The position numbers and the translations under genes were made by a program. Below, one piece after another: positions 1 through 9,599 of a stretch of DNA of 64,000 bases. The notes under the pieces were generated by a model that searched no databases, had not been told where the DNA came from, and worked only from the letters and a program-made list of their open reading frames with translations. The stretch lies in sequence record OQ067375.1; one strand, given 5' to 3'. This DNA comes from Escherichia phage a48. Each line of letters starts with the position of its first letter. The stretch's first letter is position 1.

Positions 1-617
1 TAGAAGCTCCATTATTCGTTGATCATGGTTATGTTTCACAGGATTGTTATTATCCTATTCTTAAAGCAAGAAGCGTTATAACCAATCAAGGATATAGCAC
101 CGCTGTTGACTTTGGTATGCGTCGTATTCCATCACAGTGGGGGCAAGCAATCATTCGTGTCGGATCCACGGAGGCTTCTCCTGATGCTGGACACCCACAA
201 GCTGTGTTTGAATTCCATCATGATGGATTCTTTTATACACCAGGAAATGGTAGCTTTAGCGATGTGTATATTCGTTCTGACTCCCGTCTCAAGATTAATA
301 AAGAAGAATTAGAATATGGAGCGGTCGAAAAAGTTTGCCGACTGAAAGTTTATATTTACGATAAAGTTAAGTCTATTAAAGACCGTAGTGTTATTAAACG
401 TGAAGTTGGTATTATTGCTCAGGACCTTGAAAAGGAATTACCGGAAGCTGTATCTAAAGTTGAAGTTGATGGATCTGATGTTCTGACAATTTCTAACTCT
501 GCTGTGAATGCTCTTTTAATTAAGGCTATTCAGGAAATGAGTGAAGAAATTAAAGAATTGAAAACGCCTCTCTTTACTAAAATTGCTCGCAAAATTAGTA
601 AATATTTTAAATTCTAA
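1..617 (+). CDS. 37: Long tail fibre distal subunit gp37, C-terminal part (5' partial, codon phase from nt 3)
   Basis: Frame open to window edge; C-terminal segment resembles tail-fibre intramolecular chaperone; lies upstream of 38 and t. Confidence 0.65.
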   Translation, partial: EAPLFVDHGYVSQDCYYPILKARSVITNQGYSTAVDFGMRRIPSQWGQAIIRVGSTEASPDAGHPQAVFEFHHDGFFYTPGNGSFSDVYIRSDSRLKINKEELEYGAVEKVCRLKVYIYDKVKSIKDRSVIKREVGIIAQDLEKELPEAVSKVEVDGSDVLTISNSAVNALLIKAIQEMSEEIKELKTPLFTKIARKISKYFKF

Positions 618-622
618 CAACA

Positions 623-640
623 AGGGGGAAATGCCCCCTT
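623..640 (+). terminator. GC hairpin (GGGGG-AAATG-CCCCC) plus TTT after gene 37
   Basis: Inverted repeat directly after the gp37 stop codon. Confidence 0.3.
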
Positions 641-653
641 TGGAGTATAAATT

Positions 654-1436
654 ATGGCAGTAGTTGGTGTTCCTGGTTGGATTGGAAGTTCAGCCGCAAA
701 TGAAACAGGACAGCGCTGGATGAGTCAAGCGGCTAGTCAATTAAGATTGGGTGTTCCTTGCTGGATGAGTCAATTTGCAGGTCGCTCACGAGAAATTATT
801 CACACGCTTGGAGCAGACCATAACTTCAATGGTCAATGGTTCCGAGATAGATGTTTTGAGGCAGGTAGTGCACCTATAGTGTTTAATATTACAGGTGATT
901 TAGTATCATATTCTAAAGATGTTCCTTTATTCTTCATGTACGGAGATACACCAAATGAATATGTTCAGTTAAATATACATGGCGTAACGATGTATGGACG
1001 TGGCGGTAATGGTGGTAGCAATAGTCCTGGCTCAGCTGGAGGTCATTGTATTCAAAACGATATTGGTGGGAGACTAAGAATTAATAATGGTGGAGCTATT
1101 GCTGGCGGCGGTGGCGGCGGTGGCGGCGGATATTATTCTCCTTTTTCACAAATGAGATTAACCTTTGGCGGTGGTGGTGGGCGTCCGTTTGGTGCACCTG
1201 GCGGATCTATTGATATGCAATCAGGCGCAACTGCTGGTACTATTTCTGCACCTGGCTCAGGATCCGTGAATGGTATCTATAATGGTGGAAACGGTGGTGA
1301 AGTAGGTTCCGCGGGAGGTAGATGCAATATTCGCGGTCAAGGATCTGAATATAATGGCGGCGCTGCTGGTTATGCTGTCATAGGGTCTGCTCCAACGTGG
1401 CAAAATGTTGGAGCAATATATGGTCCAAGAGTATAA
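654..1436 (+). CDS. 38: Tail fibre adhesin gp38, T2-type (Gly-rich)
   Basis: 260 aa with poly-Gly islands (GGGGGGGGG, GGGGG); SD GGAG; between 37 and t. Confidence 0.75.
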   Translation: MAVVGVPGWIGSSAANETGQRWMSQAASQLRLGVPCWMSQFAGRSREIIHTLGADHNFNGQWFRDRCFEAGSAPIVFNITGDLVSYSKDVPLFFMYGDTPNEYVQLNIHGVTMYGRGGNGGSNSPGSAGGHCIQNDIGGRLRINNGGAIAGGGGGGGGGYYSPFSQMRLTFGGGGGRPFGAPGGSIDMQSGATAGTISAPGSGSVNGIYNGGNGGEVGSAGGRCNIRGQGSEYNGGAAGYAVIGSAPTWQNVGAIYGPRV

Positions 1437-1466
1437 TGTGAATAAATACCCTTAAAAGGAGGGTCT

Positions 1467-2123
1467 ATGGCAGCACCTAGAATATCATTTTCGCCCTCTG
1501 ATATTCTGTTTGGTGTTCTAGATCGCTTGTTCAAAGATAACGCTACCGGGAAGGTTCTTGCTTCCCGAGTAGCTGTCGTAATTCTTTTATTTATGATGGC
1601 GATTGTTTGGTATAGGGGAGATAGTTTCTTTGAGTACTATAAGCAATCAAAGTATGAAACATACAGTGAAATTATTGAAAAGGAAAGAAATGCACGCTTT
1701 GAATCTGTCGCCCTGGAACAACTCCAGATAGTTCATATATCATCTGAGGCAGACTTTAGTGCGGTGTATTCTTTCCGCCCTAAAAACTTAAACTATTTTG
1801 TTGATATTATAGCATATGAAGGAAAATTACCTTCAACAATAAGTGAAAAATCACTTGGAGGATATCCTGTTGATAAAACTATGGATGAATATACAGTTCA
1901 TTTAAATGGACGTCATTATTATTCCGACTCAAAATTTGCTTTTTTACCAACTAAAAAGCCTACTCCCGAAATAAACTACATGTACAGTTGTCCATATTTT
2001 AATTTGGATAATATCTATGCTGGAACGATAACCATGTACTGGTATAGAAATGATCATATAAGTAATGACCGCCTTGAATCAATATGTGCTCAGGCGGCCA
2101 GAATATTAGGAAGGGCTAAATAA
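1467..2123 (+). CDS. t: Holin T
   Basis: 218 aa, near-identical to recalled T4 holin sequence; SD AAGGAGG. Confidence 0.95.
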   Translation: MAAPRISFSPSDILFGVLDRLFKDNATGKVLASRVAVVILLFMMAIVWYRGDSFFEYYKQSKYETYSEIIEKERNARFESVALEQLQIVHISSEADFSAVYSFRPKNLNYFVDIIAYEGKLPSTISEKSLGGYPVDKTMDEYTVHLNGRHYYSDSKFAFLPTKKPTPEINYMYSCPYFNLDNIYAGTITMYWYRNDHISNDRLESICAQAARILGRAK

Positions 2124-2396
2124 TTATTTGTTCGTATACATTTCTAGATATCGATATACACCCTCAAAACCCTCGTTGAATTCATCGATGAGGGTTTTCT
2201 TATCTTCTTGGGTTAATTCAGAAACAATTTTACGGAATAAATTCTGATTTAATTTTCTACCTTCATGCGTTACTCCAATCTCATTCAGAAATGCAATAAA
2301 ATTAGCACGATTTTCAACAATATCTTCTCTGGAAAATTTAATCAAAATAGATGCAACAGTAATAATTTCACGAACTGTATCAATGTTTTTATTCAT
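2124..2396 (-). CDS. asiA: Anti-sigma70 factor AsiA
   Basis: 90 aa, matches recalled T4 AsiA. Confidence 0.9.
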   Translation of the reverse strand: MNKNIDTVREIITVASILIKFSREDIVENRANFIAFLNEIGVTHEGRKLNQNLFRKIVSELTQEDKKTLIDEFNEGFEGVYRYLEMYTNK

Positions 2397-2408
2397 TAAC
2401 TATACCAC

Positions 2409-2561
2409 TCAATTAGTTGACTTTGTTATAATATCATCAGACACTTGATTTGTAAACTGGTCTGTGTTATTTTCTTCAAAAATTTTTTCTACGAATTCCT
2501 TGAACGACTCACGTTCCTGAGCTGCATTATGCTCGATTACCATTTCAAGATTATGACTCAT
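2409..2561 (-). CDS. Small ORF, 50 aa (sub-threshold)
   Basis: ATG overlaps upstream stop (ATGA); verified open frame. Confidence 0.35.
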   Translation of the reverse strand: MSHNLEMVIEHNAAQERESFKEFVEKIFEENNTDQFTNQVSDDIITKSTN

Positions 2562-2836
2562 TCGAAATAATCTTCAATTTCGTAATCATGGACATAAATC
2601 ATTATAGTTTTTAATATATCATCAATACTTTTTCCTGGAGCTGGAATTACGTAAAAATATCCTGCTTTTGAGAGGTCTTTATAAGTTCCAATCAAGAAAT
2701 CGTTATTCTCAAGATGTAGTTCTTCAACTAATTCATTGACAATTGAATGGTATAAATTTGGTAGAAACTTATATAGCTTTTCTAGAATATCAATTTTGAT
2801 TGTATATTGAACCACAGATTGAGAATCAATAATCAT
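2558..2836 (-). CDS. arn: Arn-like anti-restriction protein (92 aa)
   Basis: Size and position between asiA and motA as in T4; acidic. Confidence 0.45.
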   Translation of the reverse strand: MIIDSQSVVQYTIKIDILEKLYKFLPNLYHSIVNELVEELHLENNDFLIGTYKDLSKAGYFYVIPAPGKSIDDILKTIMIYVHDYEIEDYFE

Positions 2837-2919
2837 AGACCTTCCCCTTATGTTTCTGTTTGCGATTAGATTCTTTAAACACTTTCTTCTTATCCTTATG
2901 AACAGAAGCTTTATTAAAA

Positions 2920-3138
2920 TTATGCTTTGCGACTAAATTGTTCATAGTGCTGAATTACCTCTCTTAAACATTTGCATGTGAATGAAAACTTTTTAGCTAC
3001 ACCACATTCAAATATATGTTCTCTTAAATCACGTGTATCAGTATATCCCATCTCAACAATAAAATGCCTTATTAGATTTTTATCTTTATCATTGAGAGAA
3101 TTAAAATAATCAGATTTTGAATTAATTTCCCTGGCCAA
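2920..3138 (-). CDS. Hypothetical protein (72 aa)
   Basis: ORF in co-directional early cluster. Confidence 0.4.
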   Translation of the reverse strand: MAREINSKSDYFNSLNDKDKNLIRHFIVEMGYTDTRDLREHIFECGVAKKFSFTCKCLREVIQHYEQFSRKA

Positions 3139-3418
3139 ATTGAATCACCTTCAGTTGACGTTTTAGCTCTTTTATCATCTCTTCGTTCATCGCAATATAA
3201 AGATCGCGTAAAGCAGGTTTTATCATTCCATTTATTGGGGAACTAAATGGGCATACATAATCTTTTCCTACGAGCTTTTTAGTGAATTCCATATCACAAA
3301 ACTGAAATGCAGGTTCATTTGTATAAATTCCCCAATTAGTTGACATCATTTTATTGGCATATTCCAACGCCTGGATTTGATTCTTAATTCCATCAATTTG
3401 AAACTTTTTAATATTCAT
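3122..3418 (-). CDS. Hypothetical protein (98 aa)
   Basis: ORF in early cluster. Confidence 0.45.
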   Translation of the reverse strand: MNIKKFQIDGIKNQIQALEYANKMMSTNWGIYTNEPAFQFCDMEFTKKLVGKDYVCPFSSPINGMIKPALRDLYIAMNEEMIKELKRQLKVIQFGQGN

Positions 3419-3885
3419 TAGTAAAGGTCCTCAGAGTAAAGTTCTTTTTCACTACCACCACGTTCAATACGCACTTGTCCAGCGTAAGTTGCAATAATCA
3501 TTGCTTCTTCACGTGTCCAGTAATTGCTATACTGGTCAATAAATCCTTGGTCTTCACCACAAACATGGTCTGATACAAGTTTATCACTTACCTGGTCAAG
3601 AACTTCAGCCATATCTTTAGAATAATGACGAGCACCAGGAATAACCAGAGTCCCACCATCTTTTAACTTAAAGCGGTTGGCTGCACACACAATTCGACGT
3701 TGATATTTTTCATTATTGTTCCAATGAGCTACTTGCCAACAGATTTCAGGAACCTCTTCTAAAACATCCTCTTCCGTATATTCGGTGTAGTCGCCATAGG
3801 CCTGTAATTTAGCTGCTAGACTTTCTGGAGTTTCACGTAATAAAGCCAGGTCTAATAATTCAAGACGCTCTTTGAAGGTTTTCAT
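3418..3885 (-). CDS. Hypothetical protein (155 aa)
   Basis: ORF in early cluster. Confidence 0.5.
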   Translation of the reverse strand: MKTFKERLELLDLALLRETPESLAAKLQAYGDYTEYTEEDVLEEVPEICWQVAHWNNNEKYQRRIVCAANRFKLKDGGTLVIPGARHYSKDMAEVLDQVSDKLVSDHVCGEDQGFIDQYSNYWTREEAMIIATYAGQVRIERGGSEKELYSEDLY

Positions 3886-4037
3886 TTGGTTTCCTCAACA
3901 CTTTTAATTTTTATAGCTTGTTTAGAACTTTCAAAGCATTGACAATATACTCTTACCGCATCAAACTGGTTGGCCGCTTTAAGATGGACTACACCTTCGC
4001 CGTTATAAAATTCTACGACAATTTTAAATGTTTTCAT
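3882..4037 (-). CDS. Small ORF, 51 aa (sub-threshold)
   Basis: Start and stop overlap neighbours (ATGA coupling). Confidence 0.3.
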   Translation of the reverse strand: MKTFKIVVEFYNGEGVVHLKAANQFDAVRVYCQCFESSKQAIKIKSVEETK

Positions 4038-4363
4038 TTAAACCATCCTTTAATACGTTGCCATAAAGTTTTCTGTTGAGCTTTGTTAACACCAATTGAA
4101 CGAATAACTGGTTGAGATTCCTGAAATTCTTTATAATCAGCAAGGTAAATTTCGTAAGCTGCATCCGTAAATGAACTTATCGCTGCCATAAAATTATTGC
4201 GAATACCTACTGGAGCATCTTTACTTTCACGAATAATCATGTATTTACCAGTCTTAATCTTTACGATAGTTCCAAGATAAGCTCCATGGTACCAGATGTC
4301 CCAACCCTCTTGAGTAGGTTCTACACAACGACGAAGTTCATTGACAATTTCTAACTTGTTCAT
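4034..4363 (-). CDS. Hypothetical protein (109 aa)
   Basis: ORF in early cluster. Confidence 0.5.
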   Translation of the reverse strand: MNKLEIVNELRRCVEPTQEGWDIWYHGAYLGTIVKIKTGKYMIIRESKDAPVGIRNNFMAAISSFTDAAYEIYLADYKEFQESQPVIRSIGVNKAQQKTLWQRIKGWFK

Positions 4364-4373
4364 TATTTATTCC

Positions 4374-5009
4374 TCACAGTTCAGATGCTACAGTGATTAC
4401 AGCTTCAATGTTTTCTGCCGAGCGTTTAATGTCAAGATACACATTACCGTTTTTAGCGATTTTACATGACATTCCGATATCAGTAAATTTCTGAATATGA
4501 TGTTCCATCATTTTGTATCCAAAAATTCGCATATTTCCATTATTGTTAATTTCAAAATTACGAATTCCGTGAGTGCGTTTTTCTAAAATGGCAAGATAAT
4601 TACTACGATAAGTTTCAACCTTTTTAAGAACAAATCCATTTTCATCTAAAAGTTTTAACATGAGGTCTTTATCTTCTTCCATATCAGAAGTAATTTCGCG
4701 AGCTTTACGAGTTGCTCGTTTTTTTAGCAGTTCCGGAGCGTTTTCCTGTGCGTATAAAGTTGCTGCATTTGAAATAATATCCTGAGCTTCACCAGTAATG
4801 ATTAATCCATCACCAGATTTCTCCACCAGGCCTTTTTTAATCAATACCCCAATATTACTATTAACTACTGCATTACCTAAATCTGGATGCACCTCACGAA
4901 CTTCTGCGGCTGTAATGAAATCTTTCTTAGCAATGGTAATTAAAATCGCAGCAGTTTTTTCATTCAGAACATCGTTAGAAGCTTTGATGATGTAAGTTAC
5001 TTTAGACAT
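4374..5009 (-). CDS. motA: Middle-transcription activator MotA
   Basis: 211 aa, matches recalled T4 MotA. Confidence 0.9.
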   Translation of the reverse strand: MSKVTYIIKASNDVLNEKTAAILITIAKKDFITAAEVREVHPDLGNAVVNSNIGVLIKKGLVEKSGDGLIITGEAQDIISNAATLYAQENAPELLKKRATRKAREITSDMEEDKDLMLKLLDENGFVLKKVETYRSNYLAILEKRTHGIRNFEINNNGNMRIFGYKMMEHHIQKFTDIGMSCKIAKNGNVYLDIKRSAENIEAVITVASEL

Positions 5010-5046
5010 TTTAATCTCCGTTTCAGTTCATTTATTTGATAGTTGT

Positions 5047-5076
5047 ATAGTACCATAAAGCTTTATGCTTGTAAAC
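5047..5076 (-). promoter_or_regulatory. Early sigma70-type promoter (GTTTAC / TACTAT)
   Basis: -35 GTTTAC, about 18 bp spacer, -10 on - strand, upstream of motA. Confidence 0.55.
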
Positions 5077-5107
5077 CGTTTTGTGAAAAAAATTTTAAAA
5101 TAAAAAA

Positions 5108-5127
5108 GGGAGAGCCGAGGCTCTCCC
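5108..5127 (-). terminator. Intrinsic terminator hairpin
   Basis: 8-bp GC stem followed by T-rich run on - strand. Confidence 0.55.
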
Positions 5128-5132
5128 TAAAA

Positions 5133-5282
5133 TTACTGCATGACTGTGATAACTGTCATGATAACACGTTGAATTCCGAACGCAAGAAGACCTCCTGCTA
5201 CGGCTGGAACAACGCCTAAACCCGTCAGTAAAATGCTACCAGATACTAATGCAGCGCTTGTAATACCAATGAATGGACTCAT
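5133..5282 (-). CDS. Small membrane peptide, 49 aa (sub-threshold)
   Basis: Hydrophobic; start overlaps gp52 stop (ATGA). Confidence 0.35.
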   Translation of the reverse strand: MSPFIGITSAALVSGSILLTGLGVVPAVAGGLLAFGIQRVIMTVITVMQ

Positions 5283-6607
5283 TTGATTTCCTCTAAATCT
5301 TTGGTGTATTCGGTAACTACATCAGTAGTTTTCCAATATTCGTTTTCTTCTTTTTTAGCTTTAGCTTCTTCAGCAAGTTTCTTTGCTTCGTCGGAAGTCA
5401 TATGAAAAATATTCATTCCGACTAGTTTATCAACATAAGAAGAATACATATCAATTTTAGAAAGTTCTTCGGTCAGTTCTTTGCGAGTTTTACCCTGCAC
5501 AACAATTTCACCTGAAATTACTTTCTTAATGAAATGTGCCTTGGCAAAGGCTAAACGAAATGCTGATTCAGTTTCTTTGATTTTGTTATCAATTCGTTTT
5601 TGGACATAAGTTTTACGAACTTCAACAAAGTCTTTAATTAAATCAACTACGTTATCGTAAACTTGCAGCTTTCCTTTCTCATTAATGACTGTAATATTCT
5701 GAGAACGACGCTCAATCAGTCCGAAGTCTTTCATAATTTTTGCATGGCGTTCTTCTTCATTATCGCTCAAAGAGTATTCTTTTCGGAATTTAACTTTGAA
5801 TCCAAAACCATGCTCACCACAAGCATCATCCCATGTAATGAAGCCTTTATCTTCAAGTGGGTCTAAGATTTTACTCACATAAGTTTCACGATCATACTTA
5901 TACGGAATCTCAGTGATATGCATTTGAGTTCGTGAAGTAAACTTATATGTTCCACGAATTTCATATTGCCCATCAATTTCAACGACTTCACCACGAAATT
6001 CTGGGAATTCTACCTTCGGTTTAGTTACTTTCTTTCCTTGAAGAGCTTGCAGTACAGCTTTCTTAACAGAAGAAACACTATGAGGAAGAATGTAAGTTGC
6101 ATAACCAGTTGCAATACCGGAAACGCCATTAAGAAGAACAGTAGGAATAACAGGCAAATAGAAAGCAGGCGGAATGTGTTCTTTATCTTGATGTACCGGA
6201 GCATATTCAGTATCTTTATATACGTTATAGAAATTTTTACTTACACGAGCAAAAATATAACGACTTGCTGCTGCCTTTTGGACAGTACGAGAACCAAAGT
6301 TTCCTTGACCGTCTAACAGAGGAAAGTTATTATTCCAAGTGTTAGCCATCAAAGCACCTGCGTCTTGCGCAGAGTTTTCACCATGATGATATCCAAGGTC
6401 CGCTACACCACCTGCGATAGAAGCGAGCTTATGAAACTTATCTTTATTTCCTCGTGCCAAATCAAGAGCTCGAGCAATAACAAATCGTTGAACTGGCTTA
6501 AATCCGTCAATCATATTTGGAATGGCACGATTTTCAACCGTGTACATAGCATAAGCCAATGCTTCATTATCAATGATACTTTTTAAATCACGATTATTCA
6601 GTTGCAT
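5279..6607 (-). CDS. 52: DNA topoisomerase II medium subunit gp52
   Basis: 442 aa, matches T4 gp52 length and sequence. Confidence 0.95.
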   Translation of the reverse strand: MQLNNRDLKSIIDNEALAYAMYTVENRAIPNMIDGFKPVQRFVIARALDLARGNKDKFHKLASIAGGVADLGYHHGENSAQDAGALMANTWNNNFPLLDGQGNFGSRTVQKAAASRYIFARVSKNFYNVYKDTEYAPVHQDKEHIPPAFYLPVIPTVLLNGVSGIATGYATYILPHSVSSVKKAVLQALQGKKVTKPKVEFPEFRGEVVEIDGQYEIRGTYKFTSRTQMHITEIPYKYDRETYVSKILDPLEDKGFITWDDACGEHGFGFKVKFRKEYSLSDNEEERHAKIMKDFGLIERRSQNITVINEKGKLQVYDNVVDLIKDFVEVRKTYVQKRIDNKIKETESAFRLAFAKAHFIKKVISGEIVVQGKTRKELTEELSKIDMYSSYVDKLVGMNIFHMTSDEAKKLAEEAKAKKEENEYWKTTDVVTEYTKDLEEIK

Positions 6608-6611
6608 AAAT

Positions 6612-6752
6612 TTACCATACTAGTGAATGTAGTGCCATAATAACATCAGAAATGAAAAGCACGACTTGAATTAATCCGAACATTATTCCGTAATATAATG
6701 CTATCAATAAAATAGCAAGGGCTAATGAATAGCCCAAGATTTTCTTAATCAT
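6612..6752 (-). CDS. Small membrane peptide, 46 aa (sub-threshold)
   Basis: Verified open frame, hydrophobic. Confidence 0.35.
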   Translation of the reverse strand: MIKKILGYSLALAILLIALYYGIMFGLIQVVLFISDVIMALHSLVW

Positions 6753-6903
6753 TAGTAGATAACAACACAAATGTTAAATATGCACACATACCCTGAGCTA
6801 AAGCTTGCGAAAACACACTGCTGGCATCAATCAGGATAGTTAAAACACATGCTACTATCCAACAAATAAATGAAATAACTCCTAATAATTTTGCGATATT
6901 CAT
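6745..6903 (-). CDS. ac: Ac-like small membrane protein (52 aa)
   Basis: Size and position between 52 and stp. Confidence 0.45.
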   Translation of the reverse strand: MNIAKLLGVISFICWIVACVLTILIDASSVFSQALAQGMCAYLTFVLLSTND

Positions 6904-6910
6904 ATTTTCC

Positions 6911-6991
6911 TCACTGGCGTCCGAAGACGCCTTTAGTTTTAAGATTATTACGATAGAACTGCATCACATGTTCGTTATGGAAATTACTCAT
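6911..6991 (-). CDS. stp: Stp peptide (26 aa), activator of host PrrC anticodon nuclease
   Basis: Translation [26 protein letters not shown] matches recalled T4 Stp; contains embedded CUUCGG hairpin. Confidence 0.75.
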
Positions 6992-7449
6992 TAATATGCC
7001 TGCAAAACAAATTTAAAGTTATCAGCCAACATACGGTTCATTTCTTCAAGTGTTTGATACTCAGAATGATGATTACGAGTAAACGCTAAAGCTAACTGTC
7101 CTTTTCCAAATCCCGTCGTCAGAGGTTTCATCTTAGAAGCAGGCAGATAAAATACTGTGTATACCATATTGTTATTTGCAATAGTACGTGCAAGCTGAGA
7201 CCGACGTTGACGAATATGACTTAGAACTGCACTGAATCCTTGCTTAGAACGCTGATTACCTACATAAAATCGTGCAGACACACATGGATTACTAAATGGA
7301 CGACCATCTAATTTACTTACTAAAAAATAAAATCCAGGTTTAGATAAAATATCTTTATGCGGAGTTCCCAAAAACCACTCACCACCCTTGATTGTACCAA
7401 TAACAGTAGCGCCTGCATTATTCAGATCAGTAACAGTCATGTATTTCAT
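6991..7449 (-). CDS. ndd: Nucleoid disruption protein Ndd (start moved to ATG with SD)
   Basis: 152 aa from MKYM; SD GAGGA; position next to stp. Confidence 0.6.
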
Positions 7450-7507
7450 ATTAATTTCCTCTAAATTATTTTCTACTCCAAGGCCACATGAATACGCGGC
7501 CATTAAA

Positions 7508-7723
7508 TTAATCGTCGCAGTCGACGCTCAATTCCCAAAACTCTTCTACTGTATAAGTTTCAGTATCATTTTCAATACAGAAACGTTCATTACTATTATT
7601 TGCTAAAGTAGCATTAACTGTCGGTTTCTCGCTAGTGCTCTTAAGAGGTGAAATACGAATTAACTGATCACCGTTATCTAAACAGAAAATTTCACCAACT
7701 TTTACATCTTTAAAACTTTTCAT
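7508..7723 (-). CDS. Hypothetical protein (71 aa)
   Basis: ORF in early cluster. Confidence 0.45.
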
Positions 7724-7838
7724 AATTCACCTCAAGGAGTATAAAATCCAAATGCAGTTGTTGACCATCCCATCCAATATGGGAAATTTGCACCAATGTA
7801 AAACATGAGAATATAAAACCAACCACTCAGCAAATTCA

Positions 7839-8036
7839 TCATTTTACACCATTCCAAATTGTTTCAACCACAGATTTTAAACCATTTTGATGAATATCCA
7901 TTCCGACTACCGCCATCAAATAGATTCCAACTACAACTGAACCTAAGGCAAAAATCAGCATGAAAATGAATAAAGCCGGAAAAATATTATCGAAAAACCA
8001 TTCAATAAATGTAAAAGCACTGCGTTTACGCTTCAT
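7839..8036 (-). CDS. Hypothetical membrane protein (65 aa; track start is TTG)
   Basis: ATG with SD TGAGGA. Confidence 0.4.
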   Translation of the reverse strand: MKRKRSAFTFIEWFFDNIFPALFIFMLIFALGSVVVGIYLMAVVGMDIHQNGLKSVVETIWNGVK

Positions 8037-8043
8037 ATTTTCC

Positions 8044-8157
8044 TCACATAAATCCAAAGTAAACGTTTAATACATCAATCATTAAAACGATTGGGAATAT
8101 GCTCAAAACTATTAGTATTATAACTACATTCCATATAGCTTTAATAATCTTTTTCAT
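8044..8157 (-). CDS. Small membrane peptide, 37 aa (sub-threshold)
   Basis: SD GGAGGA 7 nt upstream, downstream of promoter cassette. Confidence 0.4.
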   Translation of the reverse strand: MKKIIKAIWNVVIILIVLSIFPIVLMIDVLNVYFGFM

Positions 8158-8185
8158 TTTCTGTTCCTCCGTAGTTGATAGGGTA

Positions 8186-8215
8186 ATAGTACCACGGAAG
8201 AACAGTCTTGTAAAC
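8186..8215 (-). promoter_or_regulatory. Early sigma70-type promoter (GTTTAC / TACTAT)
   Basis: Part of repeated promoter-leader cassette. Confidence 0.55.
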
Positions 8216-8400
8216 AACTTTTTTAAAAATATTCGTAATAAATGTGAATACCAACTACTACCGCTGAAACCTGTGCAACCCACCACGCACAAGCAATAAG
8301 TACAGAATTTAAAATTTTCATAATAACCTCATTACAAAAGTAAATGTTAAACAAATTACTGGAATACTAATTAACCAAACAAAACACCACCACAGTGAAC

Positions 8401-8664
8401 TCATAGTTCAATCTCAGCGATTTTCATTTCATTACTATTAATAGCCTCTTTAAGACTATCTGAAAGAATTACATTCCAGTGGTCATTCATATGACCATTA
8501 ACTAAGCGTGTAATTTCTTCAGGAGTTGAAAAATAAGGCTGATCAGACTCCCAATGCGATAATCCTAAGCGAGTATAAATCATGCCTTCATCATCGCTAG
8601 AATATTCAACTGACACAAACTCATCAGTTATTTTATGCTTAGCATAATAAAATTTAAATTTCAT
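8401..8664 (-). CDS. Hypothetical protein (87 aa; start moved to MKFKF)
   Basis: Track ORF start lies upstream of a promoter; ATG with GGAG SD chosen. Confidence 0.45.
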   Translation of the reverse strand: MKFKFYYAKHKITDEFVSVEYSSDDEGMIYTRLGLSHWESDQPYFSTPEEITRLVNGHMNDHWNVILSDSLKEAINSNEMKIAEIEL

Positions 8665-8698
8665 TTTACTCTCCAAATCCGTATTAGTTGATAGTTGT

Positions 8699-8728
8699 AT
8701 AGTACCACGGTCCTTGTGGTATGTAAAC
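8699..8728 (-). promoter_or_regulatory. Early sigma70-type promoter
   Basis: GTTTAC -35 and TACTAT -10 on - strand. Confidence 0.5.
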
Positions 8729-8744
8729 CGTTTTGTGAAAATTT

Positions 8745-9302
8745 TTAAATGGAAAGATACCATCCGTTGTAGTTGCTTTTTCTTACAACCTTACGAAGGT
8801 CTTCTCTATCACCGATGAACTTCGGAGTGTACTGGATGACACCTGGGTGAATTTCTTTAGTGTTGAATATAATTATACAGTCAGCGACCTGATGATTCAG
8901 AATGGGCCCTAGATTTATTCCAGAACCGTATGGATACTCTCCGCTGCATCCTGTTGTTACAGAAATCCAACGCGAGTCAGTTTGATGTGTCTTAACTTCT
9001 ACACGAAGCCCGCAGTATCTTGGATGCGCCAATACATCCCATGCGTATGTATACGGGTCATTAACATCCTCTTGGCCTTTGTTAACATACCCGTTTAGCC
9101 AATCTGCTACAAAAAACTCTGCGTACACCGCGATACGACATCTTTCAATAACTTCTGCTTTATCCTGGTTCGGGTTTTGTTTTAAAGAGTATCTTGCTGT
9201 ATCAGCAATTTTGACCTTCATTTCACTAGTCAAGTCACTGTTCGATAGGGTAAATGTCGGAATCTGAAATAGTCTCTGTAACCCCGGATTCGTTTTCTGC
9301 AT
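8745..9302 (-). CDS. denB: Endonuclease IV DenB-like (185 aa)
   Basis: Size and position as T4 denB; SD AAGGAAAG. Confidence 0.5.
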   Translation of the reverse strand: MQKTNPGLQRLFQIPTFTLSNSDLTSEMKVKIADTARYSLKQNPNQDKAEVIERCRIAVYAEFFVADWLNGYVNKGQEDVNDPYTYAWDVLAHPRYCGLRVEVKTHQTDSRWISVTTGCSGEYPYGSGINLGPILNHQVADCIIIFNTKEIHPGVIQYTPKFIGDREDLRKVVRKSNYNGWYLSI

Positions 9303-9564
9303 TTAAACTTTCCTTTTTACCACTAAGATAAGCGTTATACACTTTAAGAGTACCATAGTAAATTCGATCATTTTCATCTAAAGAATTACGATCAAGTTCA
9401 TCGAGATTCTTTTTGCCCATGACTATAACATCATTGCAGTAAAGAACTCCAAGTTTTTCATGCCCAAACTCGAATTTATTGCAGTACACAATATTAGCGT
9501 AATGATTACCATGTAGAGAAATTTCTTTTATGTCGGTGTCACCGATATTCATACAATAAATCAT
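9235..9564 (-). CDS. Hypothetical protein (109 aa)
   Basis: ORF preceded by hairpin plus SD. Confidence 0.4.
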   Translation of the reverse strand: MIYCMNIGDTDIKEISLHGNHYANIVYCNKFEFGHEKLGVLYCNDVIVMGKKNLDELDRNSLDENDRIYYGTLKVYNAYLSGKKESLNAENESGVTETISDSDIYPIEQ

Positions 9565-9581
9565 AATTTACCTTAAAACAA

Positions 9582-9597
9582 AAGGGCCGAAGCCCTT
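9582..9597 (-). other. Intercistronic C(UUCG)G RNA hairpin
   Basis: AAGGGC-CGAA-GCCCTT; UUCG tetraloop on mRNA. Confidence 0.6.
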
Positions 9598-9599
9598 AT

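Noticed and set aside
5663-6586. Three + strand ORFs (67, 116 and 73 aa) inside gene 52
   Set aside because: They are antisense to the conserved topoisomerase gene and Ile/Phe-rich, as expected from reverse-strand AT-rich codons
8401-8763. 120-aa ORF starting at 8763
   Set aside because: The upstream part overlaps an early promoter (8699..8728); the real start is more likely the ATG at 8664 that follows the promoter and GGAG
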